Shown here in pieces: positions 21,050 to 31,997 of a DNA stretch of 38,180 nucleotides. The position numbers were made by a program, and so were the translations under genes. The stretch lies in assembly GCA_947647115.1 (NCBI GenBank), contig CANSJB010000003.1:1-38180 (forward strand), read 5' to 3'. The notes beneath the pieces are model-generated. The model made no database searches, was not told where the DNA came from, and saw nothing but the letters and a program-made list of their open reading frames with translations. This DNA comes from an uncultured Clostridium sp. Lineage in GTDB: Bacteria > Bacillota > Clostridia > TANB77 > CAG-508. Position 1 is the first letter of the stretch. Each line of letters opens with the position of its first letter.

Positions 21050-21086
21050 AAAGAAGCTAAGAAATTTTTATTTTTTCTTAGCTTCT
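21050..21086 (-). terminator. Terminator after the fic gene
   Basis: AGAAGCTAAGAAA / TTTCTTAGCTTCT inverted repeat. Confidence 0.7.
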
Positions 21087-21672
21087 ATATCGCTTTATTT
21101 TCTAAGCATTTTTCTATAATTTGTTCTAACTTAGTGGTATCTATAATTGATTCTATGCTGGCTTCTAAAATTTGTTTTGGTGGTACTTTTTTTAAGTTTA
21201 GGATATAACCATTTTTTAAAGCCAGTTGTCTAATAAATTCTCGGTTTGTTCTGCCATTGCCTTCTCGGAAGGGATGTAATACATTTAGTTCTGATAAATA
21301 ATAGGCTAGTTTTTTTGCCAAAGTAGATTTTTCTAAACCAATTAAATCGTTTTCTTGTTTTAGCTTATCTAATAATTTTTCTAGTTCTTTTTCTATGTAT
21401 TCCCACATAGCAAAACGAAATTCATCTTTTGCGATGTTTTCTTCTCTTAATTTACCTGCAAATGGATAGATATCTTCGAATAAATACTGATGAATAGATA
21501 AAAAATGAGCCTTGTCAAAATTTCCTGTTATCCCTTTTTGTCTTAATGCTAATGACTTGGCCGCTGTAATTTTTGCTTCATAATATTGAATTTGTTTTGT
21601 ATCTTTGATATTTAATTTATTAATTAATACATTTGTATTTTCATAACAATATTTTGAGCTTTGTTGTTTCAT
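21085..21672 (-). CDS. Fic family protein (AMPylase)
   Basis: HPFREGNGRTNR canonical Fic motif. Confidence 0.95.
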   Translation of the reverse strand: MKQQSSKYCYENTNVLINKLNIKDTKQIQYYEAKITAAKSLALRQKGITGNFDKAHFLSIHQYLFEDIYPFAGKLREENIAKDEFRFAMWEYIEKELEKLLDKLKQENDLIGLEKSTLAKKLAYYLSELNVLHPFREGNGRTNREFIRQLALKNGYILNLKKVPPKQILEASIESIIDTTKLEQIIEKCLENKAI

Positions 21673-21687
21673 TTAAATACCTACCCT

Positions 21688-21858
21688 TTAATGAATTGGT
21701 TGTTCTTTAATCATTTGAATTAAGTCTGGCATTGCTATTTGTTCACTAGCAAACATCTTAAACATATTGATATCATTTTGTGAAATTTCCATTCCTTCTA
21801 TGGCTAAATCATTTTGGATATTTTCTATATTAAAATTAAATAATTCTTCATTAAACAT
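21688..21858 (-). CDS. VbhA-like antitoxin (56 aa, not in ORF track)
   Basis: GGAGG RBS; MFNEELFNFNIENIQNDLAIEGMEISQND...; LAIEG resembles the Fic-inhibitory (S/T)xxxE(G/N) motif; directly upstream of fic. Confidence 0.75.
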   Translation of the reverse strand: MFNEELFNFNIENIQNDLAIEGMEISQNDINMFKMFASEQIAMPDLIQMIKEQPIH

Positions 21859-21953
21859 TTTATTATCCTCCTTAAATTAGGATTTGTGGCCTTTTATTTT
21901 ACACACCACTATTCTTATTATACCACAAAAAGCTTAAAAAGTACAGGTATATC

Positions 21954-22449
21954 TTAAAAATAGTTACTAATTTGCTCTAACTTTTCAAAGCCTATTTGTC
22001 TAAATACTTCATAGGCTACAATTGCTACAGAGTTTGATAAGTTTAAAGAGCGTAAATGCTCCCTCATTGGAATACGAATGGTATGGCTTAAATGCTCCTG
22101 TAGTAAATCTTCTGGCAAGCCTTTGGTTTCTTTTCCAAATAATATAAATAGCTCTTGTTGATTTGTATAATTTATATCTGAATAACAATGCTTTCCTTTT
22201 GTGGTTGCAAAATACATTGCATTTTCTTGCATCGCATATTTTTCTAAAAACTCAGTTAATGATTCATGTAGTTCTATTTGTAATTTATCCCAATAGTCTA
22301 GCCCTGCTCGTTTTAAGTATTTATCTGTAATCTCAAAACCTAATGGTTTTACTAGGTGCAGTTTTGCTCCGAATAGCTGCACAAGTTCTTGCTATATTTC
22401 CTGTATTTTGTGGTATTTCTGGCTCTACCATCACAATGTTTAATTTCAT
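21954..22449 (-). CDS. trmL: tRNA (cytidine/uridine 34)-2'-O-methyltransferase; one +1 CGGA site at 22371
   Basis: [26 protein letters not shown]|[12 protein letters not shown]...RAGLDYW...[10 protein letters not shown]; ATG overlaps upstream TGA; 164 aa after shift. Confidence 0.93.
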
Positions 22450-23195
22450 TTGCTTTCCCCTTTATTTCGTATTTTATTTAGCCTTTCTATAATGCTTACT
22501 CCACCTTGTTTTGGCTTTCTTTGTAGATGCTCTTTATCTTGTTTATTTGAAAATATCATATCCATAATATTATCTGGATAATGTGCATCCAAAAATTTCT
22601 CTAATTTTGTGCTTGCTTGTTTATTTTGTGTTCTTTCATATTGTCTAATTCCTGCTAAACTAGAAATGACAATATTAAAAATCATAAATACCATAAATAC
22701 AGTAGTCATAATTTTTATATTCTTATTCATATAATTAAATTCATCTAATTTTTTAGTATAAGGATATAATACTTTAATAAATACAATACCTGCCATTCCC
22801 CATACAAAACTATATATTAGGCTAGTTCTACCATTTAAATTAAATAACATGTTTCCATATTCCCATGAAACAGTACCAAATATACATTCTTGTAAATAGG
22901 AAAATAGATATTCTGTCATTCCTCCTAAAAACATAGTATATAAAAAAATTTTTATACAACTTATTTGTCTGGTGTTATTTGGAGTTGCTCCTGTTATTTT
23001 GGGAATCAGTAAATAAAAAATAACAGCTCCTGCTCCATATACTGGTATAAATGGACCATAAATAACCCCTTGCCTTATTTTAAACTGTCCTTCTCTTACA
23101 ATGCAAAAAATAGTTTCTGCAATACAGCCAATTAAACTTGCAATTGTAAAAATCCAAAATAGTTTACTAAACTCTTTTTTCGTTTTTTGCTCCAT
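22446..23195 (-). CDS. Putative ABC-transporter type IV permease (CmpB/TMEM229-like) membrane protein
   Basis: [19 protein letters not shown]...WEY...LNGR motifs; several TMs. Confidence 0.75.
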   Translation of the reverse strand: MEQKTKKEFSKLFWIFTIASLIGCIAETIFCIVREGQFKIRQGVIYGPFIPVYGAGAVIFYLLIPKITGATPNNTRQISCIKIFLYTMFLGGMTEYLFSYLQECIFGTVSWEYGNMLFNLNGRTSLIYSFVWGMAGIVFIKVLYPYTKKLDEFNYMNKNIKIMTTVFMVFMIFNIVISSLAGIRQYERTQNKQASTKLEKFLDAHYPDNIMDMIFSNKQDKEHLQRKPKQGGVSIIERLNKIRNKGESK

Positions 23196-23331
23196 TTTTT
23201 CATCCCTTTTTCATTCTTTTATTTATTATATCATTCTTTTTTTGAATTTTTATTAACAATTTCTTAAAATTAAAAAACTCCTTTTTATAGATATTCTCAT
23301 ATCTACAAAAAGAAGAATTATTTATATTTTA

Positions 23332-24075
23332 TTATACTTCTCTTAGTTTTACAATCAATCTTTGTTTACCATGATTGGTACAAGTAATTAAAGTAAGTTC
23401 TCTTTGTCCATTGGTTAATTGGCTTGTACATCTTGTGTCTGTTGGCTCTACAATGTATTGATTATATACTTTATATTGAATGGTTCTACCTGAATTATCA
23501 GTTAATTCTGCTATATCTCCATTTTGTAGTTTATGTAATTTTCCAAACATTTTACCATTTGAGTAATAGTGTCCTACGATACAATAATTTCCTACTTCAT
23601 TTGCATAGTATGCTGCCCCTTCTTCTTCCCCTTTTGGTCCCCAGTAATAGTTAAGTGAAACATATAGTAGCTCTGGTGATGTTTTAGAGAGAATTGGATA
23701 TTCTAGGTTGATTTTTGGTATTTTTAATATGGCTGCTGTAGTATATTTTATACCATCTTTTGATTTGTATACTTTAGTATCAATGGCAGGTTTGGTTATA
23801 ACTGTAGGTTTATTTTCTTCTGGTTCATTTAAAACAACTATAATTACATCATCTTCTGCTTGTTTGATAGTATCATCTTCTTTATATTGCAAATCTGCTA
23901 GTATTTCTTGTGATACTTGCTCACTTTTATTTCGGTCATATTCTGCATAAATGTAATAAGAAAATAAAAGGCATATTAAAAAAACAGATAAAAAGAACTC
24001 TAGTTTATAGATAATCTTCTTTTTCTTCATTTCTGGTGTAACATATAATTTTTCAGTTGTTAATATTTGATTCAT
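23332..24075 (-). CDS. Sortase
   Basis: N-terminal TM, LKIPKINL, GNYCIVGH, LTLITC...R catalytic motifs. Confidence 0.92.
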   Translation of the reverse strand: MNQILTTEKLYVTPEMKKKKIIYKLEFFLSVFLICLLFSYYIYAEYDRNKSEQVSQEILADLQYKEDDTIKQAEDDVIIVVLNEPEENKPTVITKPAIDTKVYKSKDGIKYTTAAILKIPKINLEYPILSKTSPELLYVSLNYYWGPKGEEEGAAYYANEVGNYCIVGHYYSNGKMFGKLHKLQNGDIAELTDNSGRTIQYKVYNQYIVEPTDTRCTSQLTNGQRELTLITCTNHGKQRLIVKLREV

Positions 24076-24163
24076 GAAGACTTACCTGCTCCTTTCATTT
24101 TTTCCTACATATTTATTATACCATTTCTTTTTTAATTTTGAAAGAGCATTTTTGAAATTTTTT

Positions 24164-25402
24164 TTACCAATTTAAGGTTTTATATTTTCTTTTATAACTT
24201 AGGTCTTTTCCTATTAGGTATAGTCTTCTTCTAATACTTCTATCTTTTTTATATTTTAAAGGTTGGGCTACTTTTTTTTCTTTTATTAACTCTAATGCCT
24301 TTTTTCTTAATGGTTCACTTGTTACATATTTTTTTATCACACTATTTGGTACAAATTTTAATAATACTTGTTGTTTTTCTAACTTGTAGTCTTTTTCTTT
24401 ATGGTAAATTAGGTCATCTACTAAATATTGTATTAAGTTATGACCACAAGCAGTTAAATAATAACTACATCTTGCTTGTCTTGGGTTTATTTCTAATACT
24501 TTATATTTTTTATCTCGACTGTCATATTTTAAATCAAATTCGGCAAAGCCTTGATAACCTATTTTTTCCATAAACTCTTTTAATGGTGTAACAATGTCAT
24601 CACTGTCTCCATGTTCATTAAAGCCATTAATAAGGACTGTGCAGTTTCCTATTCCTCCTGGGTTTCTTTCTTGTAGACCGATTTGTGCAAAAGTACTTAA
24701 TTGCATTTTCTTGTTTTTACTGCAATAGCATGCTACATCAAATAAAGCACAATCATCTCCTGGAATAAACTCTTGTATGACTAAATTACTAGTATATCCT
24801 GCGTTTTCTATTTTATCAACTACCTCTTGTAATTCCTGTCTTGTATGAACTTTATATACTTTATACATTCCCTCAAATTTGTGACTATGATATTCTATGT
24901 TATTTCCCGGTTTTATAATTAATGGATACATTAGGCTTTTTATTTTTTCTTCGTCTAGTTTTTCTTTTTTTCCACATGGATAAATATAGGTTTTAGGTAC
25001 ATTTAAAGTGCCATCTTGAAAGGTTTGATAAAATACATCTTTTACTAGTATTTTATTTAAAATTTCCAAGTTAGGATAGTTATGTACATATTTTTTATCT
25101 AGTTGATTTTGATTTTCTACTAATAGCCTTACTAGTTCATCACTTGTAACAATTACTAATATGGTAGATGCTTCTTGCGTTTTGGCATATTCGTTTAGTG
25201 CTTGTACAAAACCTTGTGGTGTTTCTAAGTCTGGTTCTTGCTTAAAATGCACTATTTTACTATAGGAAACAACTCCAAGGGCTCTTTTGCCAATCACATT
25301 TACTTTTTGCCCATATAATTCATGATAACACCTTGCCATACAGTAAGCATTAAAATCACTACCTAAAATTAACACATTAAAATCTTTTTCCTTTTCTTTC
25401 AT
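24164..25402 (-). CDS. ATP-grasp carboxylate-amine ligase (D-aspartate ligase-like)
   Basis: LGSDFNAY, YPLIIKP, IQEFIPGDD, EFDLKYDSRD...LEINPRQ. Confidence 0.8.
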   Translation of the reverse strand: MKEKEKDFNVLILGSDFNAYCMARCYHELYGQKVNVIGKRALGVVSYSKIVHFKQEPDLETPQGFVQALNEYAKTQEASTILVIVTSDELVRLLVENQNQLDKKYVHNYPNLEILNKILVKDVFYQTFQDGTLNVPKTYIYPCGKKEKLDEEKIKSLMYPLIIKPGNNIEYHSHKFEGMYKVYKVHTRQELQEVVDKIENAGYTSNLVIQEFIPGDDCALFDVACYCSKNKKMQLSTFAQIGLQERNPGGIGNCTVLINGFNEHGDSDDIVTPLKEFMEKIGYQGFAEFDLKYDSRDKKYKVLEINPRQARCSYYLTACGHNLIQYLVDDLIYHKEKDYKLEKQQVLLKFVPNSVIKKYVTSEPLRKKALELIKEKKVAQPLKYKKDRSIRRRLYLIGKDLSYKRKYKTLNW

Positions 25403-25454
25403 CCCTATTCCTCCTTTGTTTTATTTTTGCAGTATTTTATCTTTTTTTGCTTTA

Positions 25455-26654
25455 TCACTGTTTTTCTATGATTTCTACTATTTGACCATCTTTTTTTAGT
25501 ACTCTTGGTACCCATTCATTAAACATACAGCCGCTTTCATATACACTTGTCCCAATATATCTTGCAACCTCTGCCATATCTAAATTTTCCCCTATTAAAG
25601 TTACTCTATCTTTTGTATGTACACTATCATCTACTTTGGCGATAACCATTCCCATATTTACTTCTCCAATTAGGTTATATCTTTTGCCATTTATAATAAT
25701 TTGTCTGCCTCTGTTTTTTCTGCTAAAGCCGTCTGCATAACCAATTGGAATAATGGCTATATACATATCTTCTGGCGCTTCATAAATTCTGCCATACCCT
25801 ACAAAACTGCCTTTTTTAATTTTTTTAACTTGCATTACTTCACTATATAAACTAAAGGCTGGCTTTAGGTTAATGTCTACTGTCGTTATTGTTTTACTAA
25901 TATGATGTTTTTTGTTATGATACCTTCTTTTTAGTTTTCTTAGGTAGTTTAAAAAGCCCTTTGGTAGTGGCTTTGGTGTAGTATTATACCCATATAAGAT
26001 AATACCTAAACGAATCCCGTTAGCAAATGGTATTTTTTCATGATTTAATAAAGTTTGGCTTCTTCCTAAATGAACAATTGGAATTTGTGCTAAGTCTATT
26101 TGTGATGTTAGCTCTTCAAATTTGGCTAACTGATTGTCCCACGAAGTATCATAAATGCCATCTGTTGCAAAATGAGTAAAAATACCTTCTAATAAAATGT
26201 TAGATTTATTTTGTAAAGTCTCTACTACTTCTTTTATCTGGGTAGCATCCCTAAATCCTAATCTGCAAAGTCCTGTATCTACCTTAATGTGTACTTTTAA
26301 AGTTTTTACTATTTCTTCTTTTTTTAGTTGGTCAAAATATTCATAATCATGTACAGTTATTGTAATGTTATTTTCTATACATTCTTTTATATATTTAATA
26401 TCAATTGGTTCTAAGCATAATATGGGAATTTCGACTTTGTCTTTTCTTAAACTAATTGCTTCTTCTAAAGATGCTACTGCCAAATAGTTTATTCCACTTT
26501 CTACTAGATATTTTGCTATTTTATCACTATGTCCATATGCATTGCCTTTTACCACTCCAAAATAATATTCATAGTTTGGATATTTGCTTACAATTTCTTT
26601 GACATTATTTTGCAGATTATCTATATTGATTTCTATATAGGTATTTCTATACAT
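25455..26654 (-). CDS. alr: Alanine racemase family protein
   Basis: VVKGNAYGH (PLP Lys), HIKVDTG, GIFTHFA, VGYG, PIGYADG. Confidence 0.9.
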   Translation of the reverse strand: MYRNTYIEINIDNLQNNVKEIVSKYPNYEYYFGVVKGNAYGHSDKIAKYLVESGINYLAVASLEEAISLRKDKVEIPILCLEPIDIKYIKECIENNITITVHDYEYFDQLKKEEIVKTLKVHIKVDTGLCRLGFRDATQIKEVVETLQNKSNILLEGIFTHFATDGIYDTSWDNQLAKFEELTSQIDLAQIPIVHLGRSQTLLNHEKIPFANGIRLGIILYGYNTTPKPLPKGFLNYLRKLKRRYHNKKHHISKTITTVDINLKPAFSLYSEVMQVKKIKKGSFVGYGRIYEAPEDMYIAIIPIGYADGFSRKNRGRQIIINGKRYNLIGEVNMGMVIAKVDDSVHTKDRVTLIGENLDMAEVARYIGTSVYESGCMFNEWVPRVLKKDGQIVEIIEKQ

Positions 26655-26800
26655 TCTTTTCCTCTCTTTTCTTTTTTATTTTGTTTATTATATCATAATT
26701 TTTCATTTTGTAAATGTCTCTTTTGGCACTTTAATTCTAAAATCAAACCATAAAAGGGATGTATCACTAAACTAAGTTTTACATCCCTATAGTTGATTGC

Positions 26801-26838
26801 AAAAAAAGGCACTTTTTAGGTATGTTCCTAAAAGTGCC
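26801..26838 (-). terminator. Intrinsic terminator after hup
   Basis: GGCACTTTTAGG / CCTAAAAAGTGCC stem followed by T7 on the minus strand. Confidence 0.8.
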
Positions 26839-26873
26839 AAATATGAATTCATATAATTTATATAAATTTCTGT

Positions 26874-27152
26874 TTATTTTTTGTTTACTAAATCTTTTAA
26901 TGCTTTTCCAGCTTTGAATACAGGTGCTTTTGATGCTGGTATTTTGATTTCTTCTTTAGTTTGTGGGTTTCTTCCTTTTCTAGCTGCTCTTTTTCTTACT
27001 TCAAAAGATCCAAATCCAACTAATTGAACTTTATCCCCTTTTACTAATGAATCTGTTACAACACTAACGAATGCGTTTAATGCTGCTTCTGCATCTTTCT
27101 TTGTTTCTCCTGTTTTTGCTGCCATAGCTGCGATTAATTCTGATTTGTTCAT
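26874..27152 (-). CDS. hup: DNA-binding protein HU
   Basis: MNKSELI...[11 protein letters not shown]...GRNPQT...[11 protein letters not shown]. Confidence 0.98.
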   Translation of the reverse strand: MNKSELIAAMAAKTGETKKDAEAALNAFVSVVTDSLVKGDKVQLVGFGSFEVRKRAARKGRNPQTKEEIKIPASKAPVFKAGKALKDLVNKK

Positions 27153-27365
27153 TTAAATTACCTCCTAATAAGATTTTAGAATATGTAGATTTATCATCTA
27201 CTATTATCATTATTCGTCATTCTTTTTCAAAATCCTTCTTTTTTTGCTTTTATTTTTTTTATAAAATGCTGTTTTCCGTAGGTATTTTTATTGCTCGTCT
27301 CTTGCAGCTCTCTATTTTAGCCACGTTCGCCATTTTCTGTACAGACACTAAGCTTTCAGAAAACA

Positions 27366-28999
27366 TCATATTTTTTTGCGAAAAGAGATACCTTGATATA
27401 CTTTTTTTCCATATGGTATCATATATATTTCCTCTTTTGAAAAGATTTGTAATACAATTATAGAAATGAAATAAACAATAATTGCTATTCCCACTGCTAA
27501 AATAAAGGCTAATTTTTTTGTTATTCTAGCAATTAAAAATAAATAAGTACTATAAGCAAATATAGCCATAATTGTAGTAGCTATAATCGGTTTTATGAAG
27601 AATTTTTTGATGCTTAGTTGTAAACTGATTTGCTTTTTTAATGCCCTAAATTCAATTATAACAGCTATTATGTGGCATATTACAGTGGCAAATGCTGCTC
27701 CGTGCAGTGCCTCCTAAAAAGAATTGTTCTGGGCTGATGGGTACTAGATAACAGTTTAGTAAGAGTTTTGCAATTACACCTATTCCTAATGCTAAAGCTG
27801 GCAACATCATTTTTCCTAGTCCATGTAATGCACCACTGATAGTTTGTTCTAATACAATAAAAATAATACCTAAACAACTAATTTGGTAAATAAAAGCTCC
27901 TGATGTTGCATTTGGAAAAAGTATTTCTAATATTGGTTTTGCAAATAATATCATTCCTACCATACAAGGCATACCAATTAAAATCGTGATTAATAATGAA
28001 AATTTAATTCTTTTTTTGCCTGTTTGTAGGTCCCCCATTGCTTTTGCAGAAGAAATGGTTGGTACTAATGCTGTTGCAAATGCCATATTAAAAGACATAG
28101 GAAGTGTTACTAGTGTATCTACTTTTCCACTTAAAATGCCATATTGTATTTTAGCTTGTTCTTGTGTTAAAAAATTCTTTAAACCTCTTACTACTGTCAT
28201 AGAGTCTATATTTTTGTTAACAGTTCCTAAGATGGCACTCATAGACATAGGAATGGATACAGATAATATTTGCCAAATAGTTTTTCTAATTCTGGTTGGT
28301 TGATGCTTTTGGGCAGTTTTTATTTCTATAGCAATTTCTTTTCTCATGGTATAATAATATTTGTATAGATAAAAAAAACATAAAAATGTAGCTAAAGTAG
28401 TTGCTAGGTTAGCTCCTGCTGCCATGATAGCAGTATCTACTCCTGAAATGGTAGCTATCATTTCTACTAAAATGATAGATAATACCGTTTTAAAAAGCTG
28501 CTCTAATGTTTGTGCATTAGCTGTTACTTTTAAGTTTTCTCTTCCATTAAAATATCCTTTTATGACACAGGAAATGGAAACTAAAAAAATAGAGGGTGAA
28601 AGAGCTACTAGTGTAAATTCTGCCTCTGGTATTTGAAGAAAATAGTTTGCAATATAGTTTGCCCCTAGAAATAATATGCTACTACAAATAAAACCAATTA
28701 GACCAAAGGTAACAAAGGCTATTTTAAAAATTTTATGTGCTCCCCTATAATCTCCTACTGCTACTTTTTCAGATACTAGTTTTGCAATGGCTCCGTGGGA
28801 TTCCAACTGATGAGATAGTTAAAAATAGAGCATATACTTGAAAACCACTACTATAAATTGCATTTCCTTTGTCTCCAAATCCTTCTCGATTGGTTAAATA
28901 TAATTTGTAGACTAGTCCTAGTACTTTAATAAATATTTGTGAGAGCATCAGTACTAAAACACTTTGCATAAAGCTTTCTTTTTTTAGCTTTTTTCGCAT
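27366..28999 (-). CDS. MurJ/SpoVB-like polysaccharide or lipid II flippase (MOP family); two +1 CGGA sites at 28795 and 27702
   Basis: Three ORF pieces join into 543 aa: ...ISSVGIP|GAIAKLVSE... and ...GGTA|GAAFATVICH...; multi-TM. Confidence 0.88.
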
Positions 29000-29106
29000 G
29001 TTTTTTTGTTTCCTCCATTTGTTTGATAGCTTATTTTATATTTAATACATACGTATGCAAATTGTTTTTATACCTATTATTTTTGTTCTTTTCTATATTT
29101 TCAATA

Positions 29107-29340
29107 TTACTTTTTGTTTAATAACCAATCTAAAACATTAATTTTTTTTATTCCATTATAATCAGCTATTGGATCTATATCCATTGTAAGTATATATTTA
29201 GGATATGGTGCTAACTCTCTTTTTAATGTATCCTTTTCTCTTGTTGTATAGGCTACTTGAAAATAAATAAAACCTTCTTTATTTTCTGTAACAAAATCTA
29301 TTTCTTTTTCTCCTATTTTTCCAATATATACTTTATTTTT
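29107..29340 (-). pseudogene. C-terminal remnant of an AAA-14/DUF4143 ATP-binding protein
   Basis: KVYIGKIGEKEIDFV...YFQVAY...TLKRELAP-YPKYILTMD...GIKKINVLDWLL; N-terminal ATPase domain missing. Confidence 0.75.
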
Positions 29341-29491
29341 TATTTTTTTGCAATGTATTGCAAACTTTTTATTAATTTTACTAAATTTTGCATTCAAATT
29401 AATTATTATCGTAAATTTCAAAGGTTCCTTTTCCTTTACAATTTTTAGAGCAGATATTTCCTTCTTTTCTAAACTTTTTTACCAAAAACCC

Positions 29492-29520
29492 TTGTATTTT
29501 TCGCAATTTTGTAGGATAAT
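29492..29520 (+). promoter_or_regulatory. Putative sigma-A promoter of the VirD4-like gene
   Basis: TTGTAT-17 bp-GATAAT. Confidence 0.45.
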
Positions 29521-29534
29521 ATAGGGGTATAAAT

Positions 29535-31904
29535 TTGAAAAAAATGAAAGTGGTGAATTTTGTGAAACTCATTGACAAGTTTTTAAAATTCTTAAAGACA
29601 GATAGAAATACTTTTATGACTTATATTTTAACACTTCTATCTGCTTATATATTAATTGATAGAATGGTAGAATTATTATTTATTATTTTTACAGGAGTAG
29701 GCTTTTCTTATTGGGGACCAATTAAGTACACACTTGCTTTTGCTTGTTTGACTTTTGCTTTTCTTTTTTCTGGACCTTCTAAGTTCTCCTCTTCTGATTT
29801 GGCAAAATACAGGATATTCCATACATTCTTTGTTAGTTTTTACATTTTAATTGTATGTGCTGTAGTACAGTGGATCAATCAGGCGGTTTGGGCAGGAATT
29901 TTATCACTACCTAATTATCCTGAGCTTGCTACTGAGTTTTATTACTTGTTTAGACCTGCCTTTACGGCTTTAGGACTATATATTCCACTTGTTACCTTCT
30001 ACAAAGTATTAAAATGGTTATTATTTACAGTCCATGGTACTAAAGACATTCGTGATTCTATTTTTGACTATCCTGGTATTAAATTAACCTCTGACAAAGA
30101 AGCTCATGGTGTTTATACTTGCGAAGTTAAGGTTTGTACTGACTCTGAAAGTGGAGAAGATATTTGTATCCCAGAGAGTAAACGTTTTGAATCTTTCTTG
30201 ATAGTAGGTGTTTCTGGTTCTGGTAAAACTATGATGGTTTATGAGCCAATGCTTGCAAGAGATATTGAAAGAAAGTCCTTTTTTAAGGAAGTATCTAAGG
30301 AAATGGGATTTACTGCATTAAAAACAGGACTTGCTACTTTAAACTGTCCTTATGATAATGATTATATCAATGAACATTTTACTTTAGATATGTTAATACC
30401 AAATGAAGAAAAATTAGACACTTACAAAAATTATATGAAGAAAATGATTATTAGTAGTTCCGGAGATAATATTACTTACCGTAATATGGGTATTACCTAT
30501 ATTTCTGCAGAGCATGAGTCAATTGAAAGAATTGAAAAAGTTGCTAAAAATTATCACATTAAAGTTAATTTAGTAGACCCTAATAGAGTAGATTCTCCTG
30601 GCTTAAACCCATTTAATTATAAAGACCCTATTAAAACAGGTATTGCTATTTCTTCTGTACTAAAAGGCTTATTTATTCAAAATAGACCTGATACAGAACT
30701 TGCTTTTAGAGAAAATGAAGCAATGCAAATTTGTGAAAATCTTTCTATTTTGTTAAAAGAGATTTATCCTTTAGAACATGAAGGTGCTCTTCCTAATTTA
30801 GAAGATATGCTAAACTTACTTACTGATTTTAATTTAGTAATTCATCTAGTAGAAATTATGAAGGCTCATGAAGAACTTGCAGAAAAGTATCGTATTTTAA
30901 TTCGCTATTTTGAAAATAATTTTTATCCAGATGGTAAAAATACAGAACAAACAAGACGTTCTGTTTCAACAGCCGCTTCTGTACTTGATAATTTACTACG
31001 TTACCCTGGTGTAAAAAATATTTTATGCAAACGTTCTAACAACATTGATTATGAAAAAGTATTATCAGATGGTCAGGTTACTTTAGTATGTACCCGTAGA
31101 GGTGACTTAGGAGAAACTGCTCATAAGGGTTTTGGCTTATTTTTCATTTTATTAATGCAACAAGCTATTTTAAGCAGACCTGGAAATGACAGTAATCGTA
31201 TTCCTCATTTCCTTTATATAGATGACTTTCCAACTTATATTTGTAAAGCTACAGAACCTATTTATACTTTATATCGCAAATATAAAGTGGCAACTGTACT
31301 TGACTCACAAAACTTATCACAATTAAAAGGTGATTTATCAGCAGACCCTAGAGGTGAGCATTATAAGAATTTAATACTTTCTAATACAGTTAATAAATTC
31401 ATATTTGGTAATGCTACACCAGAAGATGTTAGGTGGTGGGAAACTGCTATGCAAGATAAGAGAGAATGGAGTTGGAAATCTGATTATAACACAGACCCTT
31501 CTAAGATAGGTTATGATCAAAAATTAGGTGGTATCGAATTTAAATGGAAACCAAATTATGCAGCTGGTAAAATTATGGCCTTAAAGGGTAAACAGGTTAT
31601 TTACAAAGTAAAAGACCTTAGTGGTAAGAGTGTGGTAGAAAAAGGTAAAGTAGATTTCATGGAATCAAAATATAAAGAACCTCAAAAAGTTAAAATGTAT
31701 GACTTTACTAAATATACAGCAGGTATTACTGGCTCTGCTAAGAATAAAGGAAACTTCAGTGCTGCTACTAAAAGTAATGACAACTATGATGTAGATAGAG
31801 AAGATGACCCAATTAGAACAGATACCTCTGATTCAAACTTTTTATTTGATAACCAAGAAGCTATTATCTTTGATTTGAAAAAACCAAAAAATAATGAAGA
31901 GTAA
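29535..31904 (+). CDS. Membrane-anchored VirD4/TraG-TraD-like coupling ATPase
   Basis: About 4 N-terminal TMs; Walker A GVSGSGKT; GLNPF; Walker B FLYIDDFP; RKYKV...SQNLSQL. Confidence 0.75.
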   Translation: MKKMKVVNFVKLIDKFLKFLKTDRNTFMTYILTLLSAYILIDRMVELLFIIFTGVGFSYWGPIKYTLAFACLTFAFLFSGPSKFSSSDLAKYRIFHTFFVSFYILIVCAVVQWINQAVWAGILSLPNYPELATEFYYLFRPAFTALGLYIPLVTFYKVLKWLLFTVHGTKDIRDSIFDYPGIKLTSDKEAHGVYTCEVKVCTDSESGEDICIPESKRFESFLIVGVSGSGKTMMVYEPMLARDIERKSFFKEVSKEMGFTALKTGLATLNCPYDNDYINEHFTLDMLIPNEEKLDTYKNYMKKMIISSSGDNITYRNMGITYISAEHESIERIEKVAKNYHIKVNLVDPNRVDSPGLNPFNYKDPIKTGIAISSVLKGLFIQNRPDTELAFRENEAMQICENLSILLKEIYPLEHEGALPNLEDMLNLLTDFNLVIHLVEIMKAHEELAEKYRILIRYFENNFYPDGKNTEQTRRSVSTAASVLDNLLRYPGVKNILCKRSNNIDYEKVLSDGQVTLVCTRRGDLGETAHKGFGLFFILLMQQAILSRPGNDSNRIPHFLYIDDFPTYICKATEPIYTLYRKYKVATVLDSQNLSQLKGDLSADPRGEHYKNLILSNTVNKFIFGNATPEDVRWWETAMQDKREWSWKSDYNTDPSKIGYDQKLGGIEFKWKPNYAAGKIMALKGKQVIYKVKDLSGKSVVEKGKVDFMESKYKEPQKVKMYDFTKYTAGITGSAKNKGNFSAATKSNDNYDVDREDDPIRTDTSDSNFLFDNQEAIIFDLKKPKNNEE

Positions 31905-31910
31905 TTTTTT

Positions 31911-31948
31911 AAAGAGTATCCTAAAAATTTATTTTTAAGATACTCTTT
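31911..31948. terminator. Bidirectional terminator between convergent genes
   Basis: AAAGAGTATC / GATACTCTTT inverted repeat. Confidence 0.75.
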
Positions 31949-31997
31949 TATATTTTTTAAGTCTATTTTATTGGGGCTAATTAATTCAATGTGCCAT

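Noticed and set aside
27263-27420. Open alternative minus-strand frame past the murJ-like stop, suggesting a third frameshift
   Set aside because: No in-frame CGG there and the protein already has family-typical length
27680-27877. 65-aa minus-strand ORF inside the murJ-like gene
   Set aside because: Alternative frame overlapping the real coding frame; not protein-like
29340-29421. N-terminal part of the 104-aa ORF as a real gene start
   Set aside because: AT-rich sequence without family similarity; only the C-terminal part resembles DUF4143 ATPases
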